The notes below the pieces were generated by a model that had not been told where the DNA came from, did not search any database, and saw only the letters and a program-made list of their open reading frames with translations. The position numbers and the translations under genes are program-made. A stretch of DNA of 64,000 nt from an uncultured Chloroflexia bacterium (lineage in GTDB: Bacteria > Chloroflexota > Limnocylindria > Limnocylindrales > CSP1-4): contig CAVVYR010000019.1 of assembly GCA_963752475.1 (NCBI GenBank), positions 96,001-160,000 of the forward strand, given 5' to 3'. This document shows positions 50,407 to 60,559 of this stretch, in pieces. Numbering within the stretch: position 1 is the first letter of the stretch; every line of letters begins with the position of its first letter.

Positions 50407-51672
50407 GTGACCACAGCCTACGACGAGCCGGGCTCCCTGTCGCTCGGCCCCAACTACCGCAAGGTCTGGGCCTCGGCTGCCGCCTCCAACCTGGCCGATG
50501 GCGTGCTCTGGGTGGCGCTGCCGCTCATCGCGGTGACGCTGACGAGCTCGCCCGCGCTGGTCGCCGGCGTGGCCATCGCGGCCGACCTGCCGTGGCTCGT
50601 CTTCGTCCTTTTCGCCGGGGCCATCGCCGACCGCGTCGACCGCCGGCTGACGATGCGCAACGTCCAGCTGCTGCGCTTGGGCGTGGTGGCGCTGATGGCG
50701 CTGATGGCCCTCACCGGCACGCTCTCCCTCCCAGCCCTCTTCGTCGCGGCCTTCGTGCTGGGTATCGGGGAGACGTTCTACGACACCGCCGGCATGTCCA
50801 TCATGCCCAGCCTGGTGCCCAGGTCCCTGCTGGGCCGGGCGAACAGCCGCCTCTACGCGGTCGAGCTGGCCATGAACGAGCTGCTGGGACCGCCACTCGG
50901 TGGTTTGCTCGTAGCGCTCTCGATCCCGCTCGCGCTCGCCGGCTCGGCGCTGGGCTACCTGGTCGCGGCTATCGGGTTGATGCTGGTGGTGGGGCGGTTC
51001 AAGCCGCAGGTGGCTGGTCCCCGGGGATCGATGGTGGCGGACATCCGCGAGGGCGTGGCCTTCCTCTGGCACAACCGTGTGCTGCGTACCATGGCCATCA
51101 TGGTGGCCGGCTTCAGCTTCGCCGACTCGGCCATCTTCGCGGTCCTCGTGCTCTTCGTCGTGGCGCCGGGCCCGATGGGCCTCGATGAACTCGGCTTCGG
51201 CCTGCTCATGGCCACGTTCGCCGTGGGCGGGCTGCTGGGATCGCTGGTGGTGGAGCGGGTGGAGTCCCGCCTGGGCCGCTCCAACATCCTCTTCCTGTCG
51301 GTCCTCGCGAGCGCGCTGGCGATGGCTGTCCCGCTGGTCACCACCGAGCCGCTGCCGATCGCCCTGGGCCTGACCACTCTCGGCTTGCTGGTGATGATGT
51401 GGAACGTCATCACGGTCTCGCTTCGCCAGCGCATCACGCCCGATCCGCTGCTGGGCCGGGTCAACGCCGCCTACCGCTTCTTCGGCTTCGGTGCCGCACC
51501 GCTGGGCGCGCTGGCCGGAGGCCTTGTGGCGCAGTTGTTCGGGCTCCCGGCGGTGTTCGCCATGGCCGCGGCCGTGTGCCTGGCGCTGCTCGGGTTCCGG
51601 CGCAGCCTGACGGATGCGGCCCTGGACGCCGCCGAAGCGGCAGTCCCGACGGCACCGGAGGCGACGGCATGA
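50407..51672 (+). CDS. MFS transporter (DHA3-like)
   Basis: GAIADRVDRR motif A; LRQRITPDPLLGRV. Confidence 0.9.
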   Translation: MTTAYDEPGSLSLGPNYRKVWASAAASNLADGVLWVALPLIAVTLTSSPALVAGVAIAADLPWLVFVLFAGAIADRVDRRLTMRNVQLLRLGVVALMALMALTGTLSLPALFVAAFVLGIGETFYDTAGMSIMPSLVPRSLLGRANSRLYAVELAMNELLGPPLGGLLVALSIPLALAGSALGYLVAAIGLMLVVGRFKPQVAGPRGSMVADIREGVAFLWHNRVLRTMAIMVAGFSFADSAIFAVLVLFVVAPGPMGLDELGFGLLMATFAVGGLLGSLVVERVESRLGRSNILFLSVLASALAMAVPLVTTEPLPIALGLTTLGLLVMMWNVITVSLRQRITPDPLLGRVNAAYRFFGFGAAPLGALAGGLVAQLFGLPAVFAMAAAVCLALLGFRRSLTDAALDAAEAAVPTAPEATA

Positions 51673-52942
51673 CCGAGACCGGCGGGCCCCACGCTTCGCT
51701 GGGCCCCAACTACCGCAGACTCTGGTCCTCGTCCGCGGTCTCCAACCTGGCCGACGGCATCTTCCTGGTCGCGTTGCCGCTCATCGCGGTGCGCCTGACC
51801 GACTCGCCCATGCTGGTCGCGGGCGTCTCGCTCGCCGGCCGCCTGCCGTGGCTCGTGTTCGTGCTCTTCGCGGGCGCCCTGGCGGACCGCCTCGATCGCC
51901 GCATCACCATGCGCAACGTCCAGCTCATGCGTGTGGCCGTGGTCGGTCTGATGGCGGTGATGGCGTTCACGGACACGCTCTCGCTGCCGGTGCTCTACGT
52001 GACCGCCTTCGTGCTGGGGATGGGGGAGACGCTCTTCGACACTGCCGCCCAGTCGATCATGCCCAGCATCGTCAGCAAGGACCTGCTGAGCCGCGCGAAC
52101 AGTCGCCTCTACGCGGTGGAGCTGACGATGAATGCGTTCATCGGTCCGCCACTCGGTGGGTTCCTGGTGGCGGTGTCGGTGCCGTTCGCGTTGGCTGGCA
52201 GCGTCCTCGGCTACGGCCTCGCGGCAGTGGGTCTGGTGCTCATCGTGGGGACTCGTTCAAGCCCGTCGGGAGGGCCCGCGCAAATCGATGCTGCGCGACA
52301 TCCGCGAGGGCTTCGAGTTCCTCTGGGGCGTCCGCGTGCTGCGCTCGATGGCCGTCATGGTCGCCATCTCCAACCTCACCAACACCGCGTACGTCTCGGT
52401 GTTCGTGCTCTTCGCGGTGACGCCGGGACCCATGGGTCTCGACGAGGTCGGCTATGGCCTGCTCATCACGGCCATGGCCGTGGGCGGCCTCATGGGCTCG
52501 GTCATCGAGGAGCGTGTGGAGGCGCTGGTTCGGGCGCTGGAATGTGTTCGTGGTCACGGTCGTGATCGCGGCCGGTGACGTACTCATCCCGGTCGTCACC
52601 GCCCAGCCCCGGTCATCGTGGCCGGCATGATCGCGAGGGCGTCGGCTTCATGATGTGGAACATCGTCACGTGTCTCACTGCGCCAGCGCATGACGCCGGA
52701 CCACCTGCTGGGTCGCATCAACGCCACCTATCGGCTGTTCGCCTGGGGCTCGATGCCGATCGGTGCCCTGCTCGGTGGGCTCATGGCCGAGCTGTTGGGA
52801 CTCCGCTCGCTCTTCCTCCTGCCGTCGGTGGTGAAGCTTGGCCATCGCTCTGGTTCCTCGCTACCTGCGCGATGCCGACCTCGATGCCGCCGAAGCAGCC
52901 GGGGCGGCGGTCGAGCAACCCGCCGAGGCTGCGGCTCCCTAG
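51669..52942 (+). CDS. MFS transporter, tandem paralog (frameshifted in 3' half)
   Basis: SLGPNYRRLW, GALADRLDRR, TPDHLLGRINA. Confidence 0.8.
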
Positions 52943-53520
52943 TCGAGCTCCCAGGTCCGCGGCCGCTCCTGCGCCGCCCATTCGTCGGCAAGGATGCCCA
53001 TCACGTGCATGTCGTGGTAGCGGCCATGCCGGAAGTAGGCCTCGCGCTTGGTGCCCTCGTGCGTGAAGCCGACTCGCTCATAGACGTGGATGGCGCGCGC
53101 GTTGAAGTCGAAGACGTGCAGGAAGACGCGGTGCAGGCGCAGCTCACCGAAGGCGAAGTCCAGCAGGACTCGCATGGCCTCGGTGCCATAGCCCTTGTCC
53201 CACTCGGCTGGTTCACCGATGCCGATACCGAGCTCGCTGCCACCATTGACGTGGTCGATGTCGTGGAGCGCGCAGAAGCCGATCGGCCGGCCACCGTCAC
53301 GGAGACAGATGACGAAGTGCCAGATCGTCTTGTTCTGAGCTTTCTGTAGCTCGTCGAACCAGGTCTCTTCGGCCACGTGACTCCATGGCGCGCGGGTAGC
53401 CAGGCCCTCGCTCACGACCGCGTCCCCGAGCCACTCGATGAAGGTCGGGATGTCCTCGCGCTCGGCAGGGCGCAGGTAGACCCGCTCGCCTCGCAGGATC
53501 GGTCGTCGTTTGTCCCCCAT
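52939..53520 (-). CDS. RimJ/RimL-family acetyltransferase
   Basis: VYLRP, WDKGYGTEA, NARAIHVYERVGF. Confidence 0.88.
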   Translation of the reverse strand: MGDKRRPILRGERVYLRPAEREDIPTFIEWLGDAVVSEGLATRAPWSHVAEETWFDELQKAQNKTIWHFVICLRDGGRPIGFCALHDIDHVNGGSELGIGIGEPAEWDKGYGTEAMRVLLDFAFGELRLHRVFLHVFDFNARAIHVYERVGFTHEGTKREAYFRHGRYHDMHVMGILADEWAAQERPRTWELD

Positions 53521-53883
53521 GCGGCCAGTCTAGGTACCGCGCCAGTGCTACCGCTCCGCGCCCTCATCGGGGTCGCACTCGCCGAACGCCGCGGCTCCCG
53601 CGCTGGCGAGCCTGGTGGGTACCGTGCCGCGCGGTGACCCGGAGTCCACTCGATGGAGGTCTGGTGCAGTCGGGCAACGGGGTCCCCGTACCAGTAGGCG
53701 TGACCCAAGTACGGGTTGTTGCAGAGCGGTGCGGACGCCACTATCCCCATCAACACCTCGATGGACCACACCAAACGGTCCGAGACCATCGGGGTGGCCC
53801 GGCCTCCAGTGGCGCCGGGCACACCGAGCACCGAGCACCGAGCACGTCCAGCAGCCCACTGAACGCTAGATAAGGAACGATAG

Positions 53884-54078
53884 ATGGCGTCCATGGCAGC
53901 GAACGATCTTGGCCCCATGCTCACCGCGAGTGAGGTCGCCGAGCTTCTTCATCTGCATGTCAACACGGTCAAGCGACTCGGCGACCGTGGTGAGTTGCCG
54001 TTCTACCGTGTCTGCAAGCGGGGGGACCGCCGCTTCCGTTTGGAAGACGTGATGGCTTTCCTGGCACGCAACCGCTAG
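53884..54078 (+). CDS. excisionase/BldC-like HTH_17 DNA-binding protein
   Basis: MLTASEVAELLHLHVNTVKR..GELPFYRV..RGDRRF; RBS TAAGGA. Confidence 0.85.
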   Translation: MASMAANDLGPMLTASEVAELLHLHVNTVKRLGDRGELPFYRVCKRGDRRFRLEDVMAFLARNR

Positions 54079-54185
54079 GACCGACACCACCCGGGTCCGC
54101 ACCTCGCGGACCCATCGCCTGCCCCAACGCCGCCGGAGCACGACTCCCGGCGGCGTCGGTCTGCCCGGGGCTAGCATGGGAGTCG

Positions 54186-54665
54186 ATGCCTGGACCCTCC
54201 CGCCTCGACGTCCTGACCGAGCGCCTGCGTGCGCCGGACCCCACACTCGCGCTGGCCGCACTAGCCCATGAGGTGGTGCCGGGACAGACGGGCCCGGCTG
54301 ACCGGATCGTGGCTCTCACCTTCGCCACGCGCGATCTGAAGGGCATGATGTCGGCGGCGCCGCTCCCGTTCAAGCGCGTGGCCCGCGACCGGCTCCTGGA
54401 CGCGGACGTGGCCGCCGTGCGCTACGGACCGGTGCAGCTGCTGCTCGAGCAGGCTCAAGGGGAGGGACGGCTGGCGGCGTATCTCTCGCGCTATGGCGAA
54501 GGCGTCGCGGCGCTGTACCTGGAGCGGCCGCGGTTCCTGCCGTCATCGCGGGCCTCGGGGCGCCCGCCTCGACCGGTGCGCACGCCCTTCGGTCGGCGAG
54601 GCTGGCTCCTGCCCCACGAATGGCCGTGGGGCCCGTTCGTCATCGCGCTCGAGGAAGAGCGCTAG
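54186..54665 (+). CDS. hypothetical protein (VOC/glyoxalase-like remnant fold?)
   Basis: LLLEQ..GEGRLAAYLSRYGEGVAALYL resembles the VOC-family 'ExGEG..H' region. Confidence 0.5.
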   Translation: MPGPSRLDVLTERLRAPDPTLALAALAHEVVPGQTGPADRIVALTFATRDLKGMMSAAPLPFKRVARDRLLDADVAAVRYGPVQLLLEQAQGEGRLAAYLSRYGEGVAALYLERPRFLPSSRASGRPPRPVRTPFGRRGWLLPHEWPWGPFVIALEEER

Positions 54666-54669
54666 GGGC

Positions 54670-55077
54670 TCAGCCCTCGGCGAGTGCCTTGGCCTGACCG
54701 ACCCAGTCCTCGCGCTTGATCTGCCCGGGGCTGGTGTTGCACTCGAGACCCATCCTGGCGACGTCATCCTCGGTCCAGGCAGCCACCTGCGCGTAGCTGG
54801 TGACGCCGGCTGCGACGAGCTTGGCCGCCTTGACCTTGCCCAGGCCCTTGATGGCGGTGAGGTCGTCGGGCCCATCGGAGGTTGCGGGTGCCGCCGTTGG
54901 TTCGGGTGGCGGAGCCGACGGCGCCGCGGAGTCCGGATCTGGCGCGCCCGAGGTTGCCGGTCGGCTGACCTCCAGCTCGAGCTCGTCATCCTTGCGTCCC
55001 CGCGCCCACCTTGCCGCGCTCGCTGCTCCTGCAGCCGCGGCGACGGCCGCGACCAACGCCGTGATCTTGCCCCTCAT
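54670..55077 (-). CDS. membrane-anchored helix-hairpin-helix protein (COG3743-like)
   Basis: DDLTAIKGLG..L...GV.SY.Q.A.W...I..EDWVGQA. Confidence 0.75.
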   Translation of the reverse strand: MRGKITALVAAVAAAAGAASAARWARGRKDDELELEVSRPATSGAPDPDSAAPSAPPPEPTAAPATSDGPDDLTAIKGLGKVKAAKLVAAGVTSYAQVAAWTEDDVARMGLECNTSPGQIKREDWVGQAKALAEG

Positions 55078-55101
55078 CGTTCCTCCTCGTGTCCCGTCAG
55101 C

Positions 55102-55635
55102 CTAGTGTTCGCCCCAACGCTCGGTGTGGACGACCTCGTCATAGCCCCTGCGACCGCCGGCCTGCGGGGGTCGCGTCAGGTCCTCGGGGTCGGCCGGCCA
55201 GCCGAGCGCGATGATGTACTGGCATTCCTTGCCATCGGGCAGGCCCAGCACGTCCGCGGCCAGACCGAAGTCCTGCACCGTGATGGGGCAGGAACCGATG
55301 CCCATCTCCCAGGCGGTGAGCGTGATGTTCTGCGCCGCTCGCCCCAGGTCCCAGAGCACCGAGCGCGGGTAGTCCGGATCGGGCTGGTCCACGATGAGCG
55401 CGATGGCGGCACCCGCTGAGGGCAGGTGCTTGGCGTAGATGGTCACGCCGCTCAAGCGCGCGAGGGCGACCTTGTCCCGCACCGTCACGAAGTCCCAGCG
55501 CTGGGTGTTCTTGGACGACCCGGTCTTGCGCGCGCTGTCGGCGATGACGCGGACCTCGTCCTCGGTCAGCGGCACCTCGGCGTACTTGCGCACGACGCGC
55601 AGTGAGCGGATGGCGGTGATCGTGTCCATGGCCAT
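55102..55635 (-). CDS. nitroreductase family protein
   Basis: IRSLRVVRKY, SSKNTQRW, DLGRAAQNI. Confidence 0.88.
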   Translation of the reverse strand: MAMDTITAIRSLRVVRKYAEVPLTEDEVRVIADSARKTGSSKNTQRWDFVTVRDKVALARLSGVTIYAKHLPSAGAAIALIVDQPDPDYPRSVLWDLGRAAQNITLTAWEMGIGSCPITVQDFGLAADVLGLPDGKECQYIIALGWPADPEDLTRPPQAGGRRGYDEVVHTERWGEH

Positions 55636-55664
55636 GAGTCTAGGCGCCCGATAGACTGCGCGCG

Positions 55665-56966
55665 ATGCCATCCAAGTTCGAACTCCTCGACGTCGCTGGG
55701 CGCGAGGTCAAGGTCACCAACCCGGACAAGGTCTATTGGCCGGAGCCGGGGTATACCAAGATGGAGCTCGTGCGCTACTACCTGGCCGTGGCCGACGGCG
55801 CCCTGCGGGGCGCGGGCGGGCGACCGATGGCGCTCAAGCGCTTCGTCGACGGCGCCGCCGGGGAGTTCTTCTTCCAGAAGCGCGCACCGCAGAAGCGTCC
55901 CGAGTGGATCGACACCGTCTCGCTCTCGTTCCCGTCCGGCCGGACGGCAGAGGAGGTCGTCCTTCGTGATGCGGCTTCGCTGGCCTGGGTCGCCAACCTT
56001 GGCTGCCTGGACCTGAACCCGCACCCGGTGCGCGCCGAGGACGTCGACCACCCCGATGAGCTGCGGGTCGATCTCGACCCCGTACCGGGCGTGACCTGGG
56101 TGGACGTGCGCACGGTGGCGCTGGTGACGCAAGAGGCGCTCGAGGCGGTCGGGCTCATCGGTTGGCCCAAGACCTCCGGCTCGCGCGGCATCCACATCAA
56201 CGTGCGCATCGAGCCGCGCTGGACGTACCCGGAGGTGCGGCGCGCGGCCCTGGCTCTGGCGCGTGACGTCGAGGCGCGGGCACCGACGATCGCCACCAGC
56301 AAGTGGTGGAAGGAAGAGCGACACGGCGTCTTCCTCGACTACAACCAGAACGCCAAGGACCGCACGGTCGCCTCGGCCTACTCGGTGCGGCCCACGCCCG
56401 ACGCGCGGGTGTCGATGCCGCTGACGTGGGACGAGGTGCCCGACGTCGCGGCCGAGGACTTCACCCTGGCCACGGTGCCGGCGCTGTACGAGCAGCGTGG
56501 GGACCGCCACGAGGGCATCGACGCGGCCGTCGGATCGCTCGAGGCGCTGCTGGAGCTGTCGGCCAAGCACGAGGCGGACGAGGGCCTGGGCGATGCTCCG
56601 TGGCCGCCGCACTACCGCAAACAGGCCGACGAGCCCCCGCGGGTGCAGCCCTCGAAGCGCAAGGCCGGGGAACCGTCACCGACCGGCAGGCGTCGAAGCA
56701 CCAAGCCGCTCATCGAGATCGCACGCGCCGAGAAGAAGGATGAGGCCCTCGCCGGCCTCGAACGCTGGAGGGCCCGCCACCCCGAGGTCGCCGCGAGGCT
56801 TGAGCCGGCCGATGTCCTGGTGGACGGCATGCGCGGCCGTTCCGCGCTCTGGTGGCGCATCCGCATCAACCTCGAGCACGTGCCCGAAGCGCAGCGACCC
56901 CAGCAGGAGCCGCTCGAGGTCGACTACGACCCCTGGGCGGCGTATCGGGAGCGCCAGGAGACCTAG
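55665..56966 (+). CDS. LigD-type AEP primase-polymerase (stand-alone, PolD2-like C-terminal extension)
   Basis: VTNPDKVY, FFQKR, DELRVDLDP, KTSGSRGIH, FLDYNQN, SAYSVRP. Confidence 0.9.
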   Translation: MPSKFELLDVAGREVKVTNPDKVYWPEPGYTKMELVRYYLAVADGALRGAGGRPMALKRFVDGAAGEFFFQKRAPQKRPEWIDTVSLSFPSGRTAEEVVLRDAASLAWVANLGCLDLNPHPVRAEDVDHPDELRVDLDPVPGVTWVDVRTVALVTQEALEAVGLIGWPKTSGSRGIHINVRIEPRWTYPEVRRAALALARDVEARAPTIATSKWWKEERHGVFLDYNQNAKDRTVASAYSVRPTPDARVSMPLTWDEVPDVAAEDFTLATVPALYEQRGDRHEGIDAAVGSLEALLELSAKHEADEGLGDAPWPPHYRKQADEPPRVQPSKRKAGEPSPTGRRRSTKPLIEIARAEKKDEALAGLERWRARHPEVAARLEPADVLVDGMRGRSALWWRIRINLEHVPEAQRPQQEPLEVDYDPWAAYRERQET

Positions 56967-59152
56967 CTGACAGCCTCCGGCGCGGATCCAGCCGGATGGT
57001 CGTCCGCCTCATCGTCGGCGTCGGACTCCGCGTATGGGTCGGGTGGACCGGGGATCTCGTGCTCATCGGCACCGAGGACGCGCAGGACGGAGCGCCACGT
57101 CGTGCCCACCACGCCCAGCACCGGCACCACCAGGAACATGCCCAGGATGCCGGCCACGGCGGAGCCCGCGGGGATGGCCGCGAGCACGATGGCCGGATGG
57201 ATGCTGGTGGTGCGGTTGTAGACCAGGGGCGCCACGACGTTGCCCTGCACGATGTTGAAGACGATGGTCCAGATGAACATGACCACGATGTCGATGGTGT
57301 CGCCCACGGCCACGGCCACGAGGAACGCGAGCATCGTCGTCAGCGCGCTGCCGATGTAGGGGATGTAGCCACCGAAGAACGAGAGCACGAAGATGGGCAG
57401 GGCCAACGGCAGGCTCAGCACCCACATGATCACGAGTTGGCTGAAGGCCCCCACGAAGGAGATCGCGCCCGTGCCGACCATGTAGCCACCGAGGATCCCG
57501 AAAGCACGCTCGCCGGCCGGGCTCAGCTCCCCCGAAACGTCCTGCGGCAGGTGGGACATCAGGCCGTTCCATAGCGCCGCGCCATCACGCAGGAAGTAGA
57601 AGGTCAGGAGCACGGCCAGGATCAGCACGATGGCGATGCTGACCAGCTCGTCGCCCAGCCCGGCGATCGTGCTGACGCCGACATCGACGCCGGTTCCAAG
57701 GGCTTCGGTGGGCAGGCCCAGCCGACCGCCCGTCGCCTCGTCGATGGCCCCGGCGCCATCGGTGGCGGTGGCACCCAACTCGGGAGCCTGACGGACCAGC
57801 GAGACCATCGAGAGCGCCAGGACGCCGAGGATGGCGGCTGTACTGCCGCCGACCGCGACGACCGTGGCTAGGTTGCGGGACAGTCCCCGCTTGAGCAGAT
57901 AGGACACCAGTGGTGTGACCGTGGCCGCGAGGATGAGCGCGAGGATCACCGGCAGCAGCACCAGCGGGATCGTCGTCAGCACGAGCACCAGCCCTGCCGC
58001 GAAGAGGAGGGCCACCACGGCGCGCCAGCTCCACTGTGCGGCGCGGTCCAGCCAGGAAGGCACGACCTCGGGCAGGTCGGAGGGCACCTCCGGCCTTAGG
58101 ATGTCGATGGCCGCCTGGCCCATCGAGACCCCGACGGCCGCCAGAGGCACGGCCAGGATGAGGCCGGCCAACCCGCCGAACGTGTAGCCGATGGGCAGCG
58201 CGATGAGCACCACGACCGGGTGCAGCCGTGGGGCGTTGGCCAGCAATCGTGGCTCGATGACGAGCCAGGACACCACGAACCTCAGGACCAGGAGCGCGGC
58301 CATGATCGCTGCCGCGCTGGTGCCATTCGCACCGAGCGTGACCAGCACGATGAACAGCCCGGCGATCACCGTGCCGAAGTAGGGGATGAAGCCGAGGACG
58401 AACGCCAGGATGGCCAGGGGGATCGCCAGCGGCGTGCCGATGACGAGCATGAAGACCAGGCTCGTGACCGCTGTCGCAGCAGACGTGAGCGTGACGGCTC
58501 GAACGTAGGCCCCGACGCGACCAAGGGCGCTGTCACCGGCGCCGCTGATGAGCTCGCGCTTCTCGTCCGGCATCGACTGGAAGATCCAGAGCCAGGCCTT
58601 GTCGCCGTCCTTCAGGAAGAAGAAGAGCAGGAAGGTCGCGAGGACGAGGATGCCGACGAGGTTCGCGACCCGACCGACGATGTTCCCGATCGCGCTGGTG
58701 CCGTCTTCCTGGGCGACGGAGATGACCTGCGCCACGAGGTCGTTGAGCCAGTCCGGCAGCTGCAGGTCGGCGAAGGACGCTTCGAGGCTCGCCTGTCCCT
58801 CGCGAAGGCGGTCCACCAGCTCACCGAGGTAGGGCAGGAGCGCGATGACCAGGACCACGAACAGGCCCAGGACGGCACCGATGGTGACGATCCAGGCGAT
58901 GCCGGCGGCGGCTGCCCGGGAGCGGCCGGCGTCGCGCAACTTGAGCACGAACGGTGCCAGGATGATGGCCACGACGATGGCCACGCCGATCGACGCGACG
59001 ATGTTCCAGATGAGCGTCCCGAGGTACCAGACGACGACGCCGAAGCCGGCGATGACCAGCACGCGCCAGCCCAGCGCGGCCAGGTTGTCCAGCCACGTGG
59101 GCACCATGCGATCGCCGGTTGCCGTGCTGTCGTTGGTGCTGAGTTCGCTCAT
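56963..59152 (-). CDS. AI-2E family transporter, internally duplicated
   Basis: Two copies of WL..A...WR / FFL[K/R]DG / IPY.G / HP. Confidence 0.85.
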   Translation of the reverse strand: MSELSTNDSTATGDRMVPTWLDNLAALGWRVLVIAGFGVVVWYLGTLIWNIVASIGVAIVVAIILAPFVLKLRDAGRSRAAAAGIAWIVTIGAVLGLFVVLVIALLPYLGELVDRLREGQASLEASFADLQLPDWLNDLVAQVISVAQEDGTSAIGNIVGRVANLVGILVLATFLLFFFLKDGDKAWLWIFQSMPDEKRELISGAGDSALGRVGAYVRAVTLTSAATAVTSLVFMLVIGTPLAIPLAILAFVLGFIPYFGTVIAGLFIVLVTLGANGTSAAAIMAALLVLRFVVSWLVIEPRLLANAPRLHPVVVLIALPIGYTFGGLAGLILAVPLAAVGVSMGQAAIDILRPEVPSDLPEVVPSWLDRAAQWSWRAVVALLFAAGLVLVLTTIPLVLLPVILALILAATVTPLVSYLLKRGLSRNLATVVAVGGSTAAILGVLALSMVSLVRQAPELGATATDGAGAIDEATGGRLGLPTEALGTGVDVGVSTIAGLGDELVSIAIVLILAVLLTFYFLRDGAALWNGLMSHLPQDVSGELSPAGERAFGILGGYMVGTGAISFVGAFSQLVIMWVLSLPLALPIFVLSFFGGYIPYIGSALTTMLAFLVAVAVGDTIDIVVMFIWTIVFNIVQGNVVAPLVYNRTTSIHPAIVLAAIPAGSAVAGILGMFLVVPVLGVVGTTWRSVLRVLGADEHEIPGPPDPYAESDADDEADDHPAGSAPEAVS

Positions 59153-59218
59153 GTCGTCTCGTCTTCCCACGGGTGCTGCCGCGAGCCTACCGCGTCCGAG
59201 CGGTCCATCACGCGCCGC

Positions 59219-60068
59219 TCACGCGGGCTTGTAGTCGAACGTGTCGGGGTTGGGACCGGTGCGACCGGCAGGACCACGATCGAGCCCCGCGAGTGCGGAC
59301 ATGTCCGCTTCGCTGAGCTCGAAGTCGAAGACCTCGATGTTCTCGCGCATGCGCTCGGGCGACATCGTCTTGGGGAACACCACGTCGCCGCGCTGGATAT
59401 GCCAGCGCACCGCCACCTGCGCCTGGGTCCGGCCCAGGCGCTCGGCCACTTGCTGGAGTGCGGCTTCGACGAAGATCGCTCCCTGCGCCAGCGGCGACCA
59501 CGCCTGCGTGATGATGCCGTGCTCCTGCCCGATAGGCCCGGAGCTGGTCATTGGGGAAGTGGGGGTGGGCCTCGATCTGGTTGACGGCAGGCACGACGTC
59601 GGTCTCGGCCAGCAGTCGCTCAAGGTCTACGACTCGGAAGTTGGAGACACCGATGGAGCGGGCTCGACCGTCGGCCTTGAACTCCTCGAAGACCTTCCAG
59701 GTGGAGATGAAGTCTCCGCCGTATGAAAGCACCATCGGCCAGTGGATGAGGAAGAGGTCGACGTAGTCCATGCCCAACAACTCGAGCGTCTCGTCGAAGG
59801 TACGCCGGGCGTCATCGGGCAGATGGGCACCATTGTTGAGCTTGGACGTGACGAAGACCTCGTCGCGGGGCACGTCGCTGGCCCGGATGCCCTCTCCGAC
59901 CCCGGCCTCGTTGCGGTACATCTGGGCCGTGTCGAGATGTCGGTAGCCGACGTCGAGTGCTGCCCGCACGGTCGCCGCGGTCTCCTCGGGCGCGACCTGG
60001 AACGTGCCGTAGCCGAGCTGCGGGATGGTGTGTCCGTCGTTGAGCGTGATGTCAGGGATCGATGTCAT
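59219..60068 (-). CDS. aldo/keto reductase (2,5-DKG reductase-like; frameshift near 59535)
   Basis: IPQLGYGTFQ, DTAQMY, DLFLIHWP, IGVSNF, AWSPL, FPKT. Confidence 0.88.
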
Positions 60069-60190
60069 GGCTCCAGCATAGCCAGCGCTCGGACCGCTTG
60101 GACCGCGTCTTCGGGACCTGTGGCCCTGAGATACATCAGCGACAGGTGACACACTTCACACTGAGATATCACAGACGGGGGACAACCACC

Positions 60191-60559
60191 TTGGGTTGCA
60201 GCACATGCGTAGACCGACCGACCGACGCCGTCGCGACGGGGACGGACGACGAGCTACGCCCGAGCCTGCGGAAGCACCAGACGCCAGATACCGCAGCCGC
60301 TGTGACCGCTGCTGCGCTCGTGGCCGAGCCGGTTCGCGCCGGCATCCTGGCCATCCTGCGTGACGGCCCGCATTGCGTTTGCGAGATGGCCGCCGCGCTC
60401 GACGTCAAGCAGAACAACCTCAGCAACCACCTGGCCAAGCTGCGCGAAGCCGGTCTGGTGCGCGCGAGCCGCAGCAAGGTCGATGCGCGGTGGAAGTACT
60501 ACGAACGAGATGAAGACGCCGTGACGGCAGCAGGGGAGGCCCTGGCCCGGGTCTTCTGA
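60191..60559 (+). CDS. ArsR/SmtB-family regulator (start uncertain)
   Basis: HCVCEM alpha3 Cys motif, LSNHLAKLREAGLV. Confidence 0.85.
   Translation: MGCSTCVDRPTDAVATGTDDELRPSLRKHQTPDTAAAVTAAALVAEPVRAGILAILRDGPHCVCEMAAALDVKQNNLSNHLAKLREAGLVRASRSKVDARWKYYERDEDAVTAAGEALARVF

Noticed and set aside
46500-52900. Dense frameshifts in the second sugar ABC operon and second MFS (also single shifts near 8750, 19318, 22430, 29440, 31150, 59535) as pseudogenisation or programmed frameshifting
   Set aside because: Single-base indels occur in many unrelated genes with intact motifs and no slippery-site pattern; sequencing or assembly error is more likely. Read mapping is needed.
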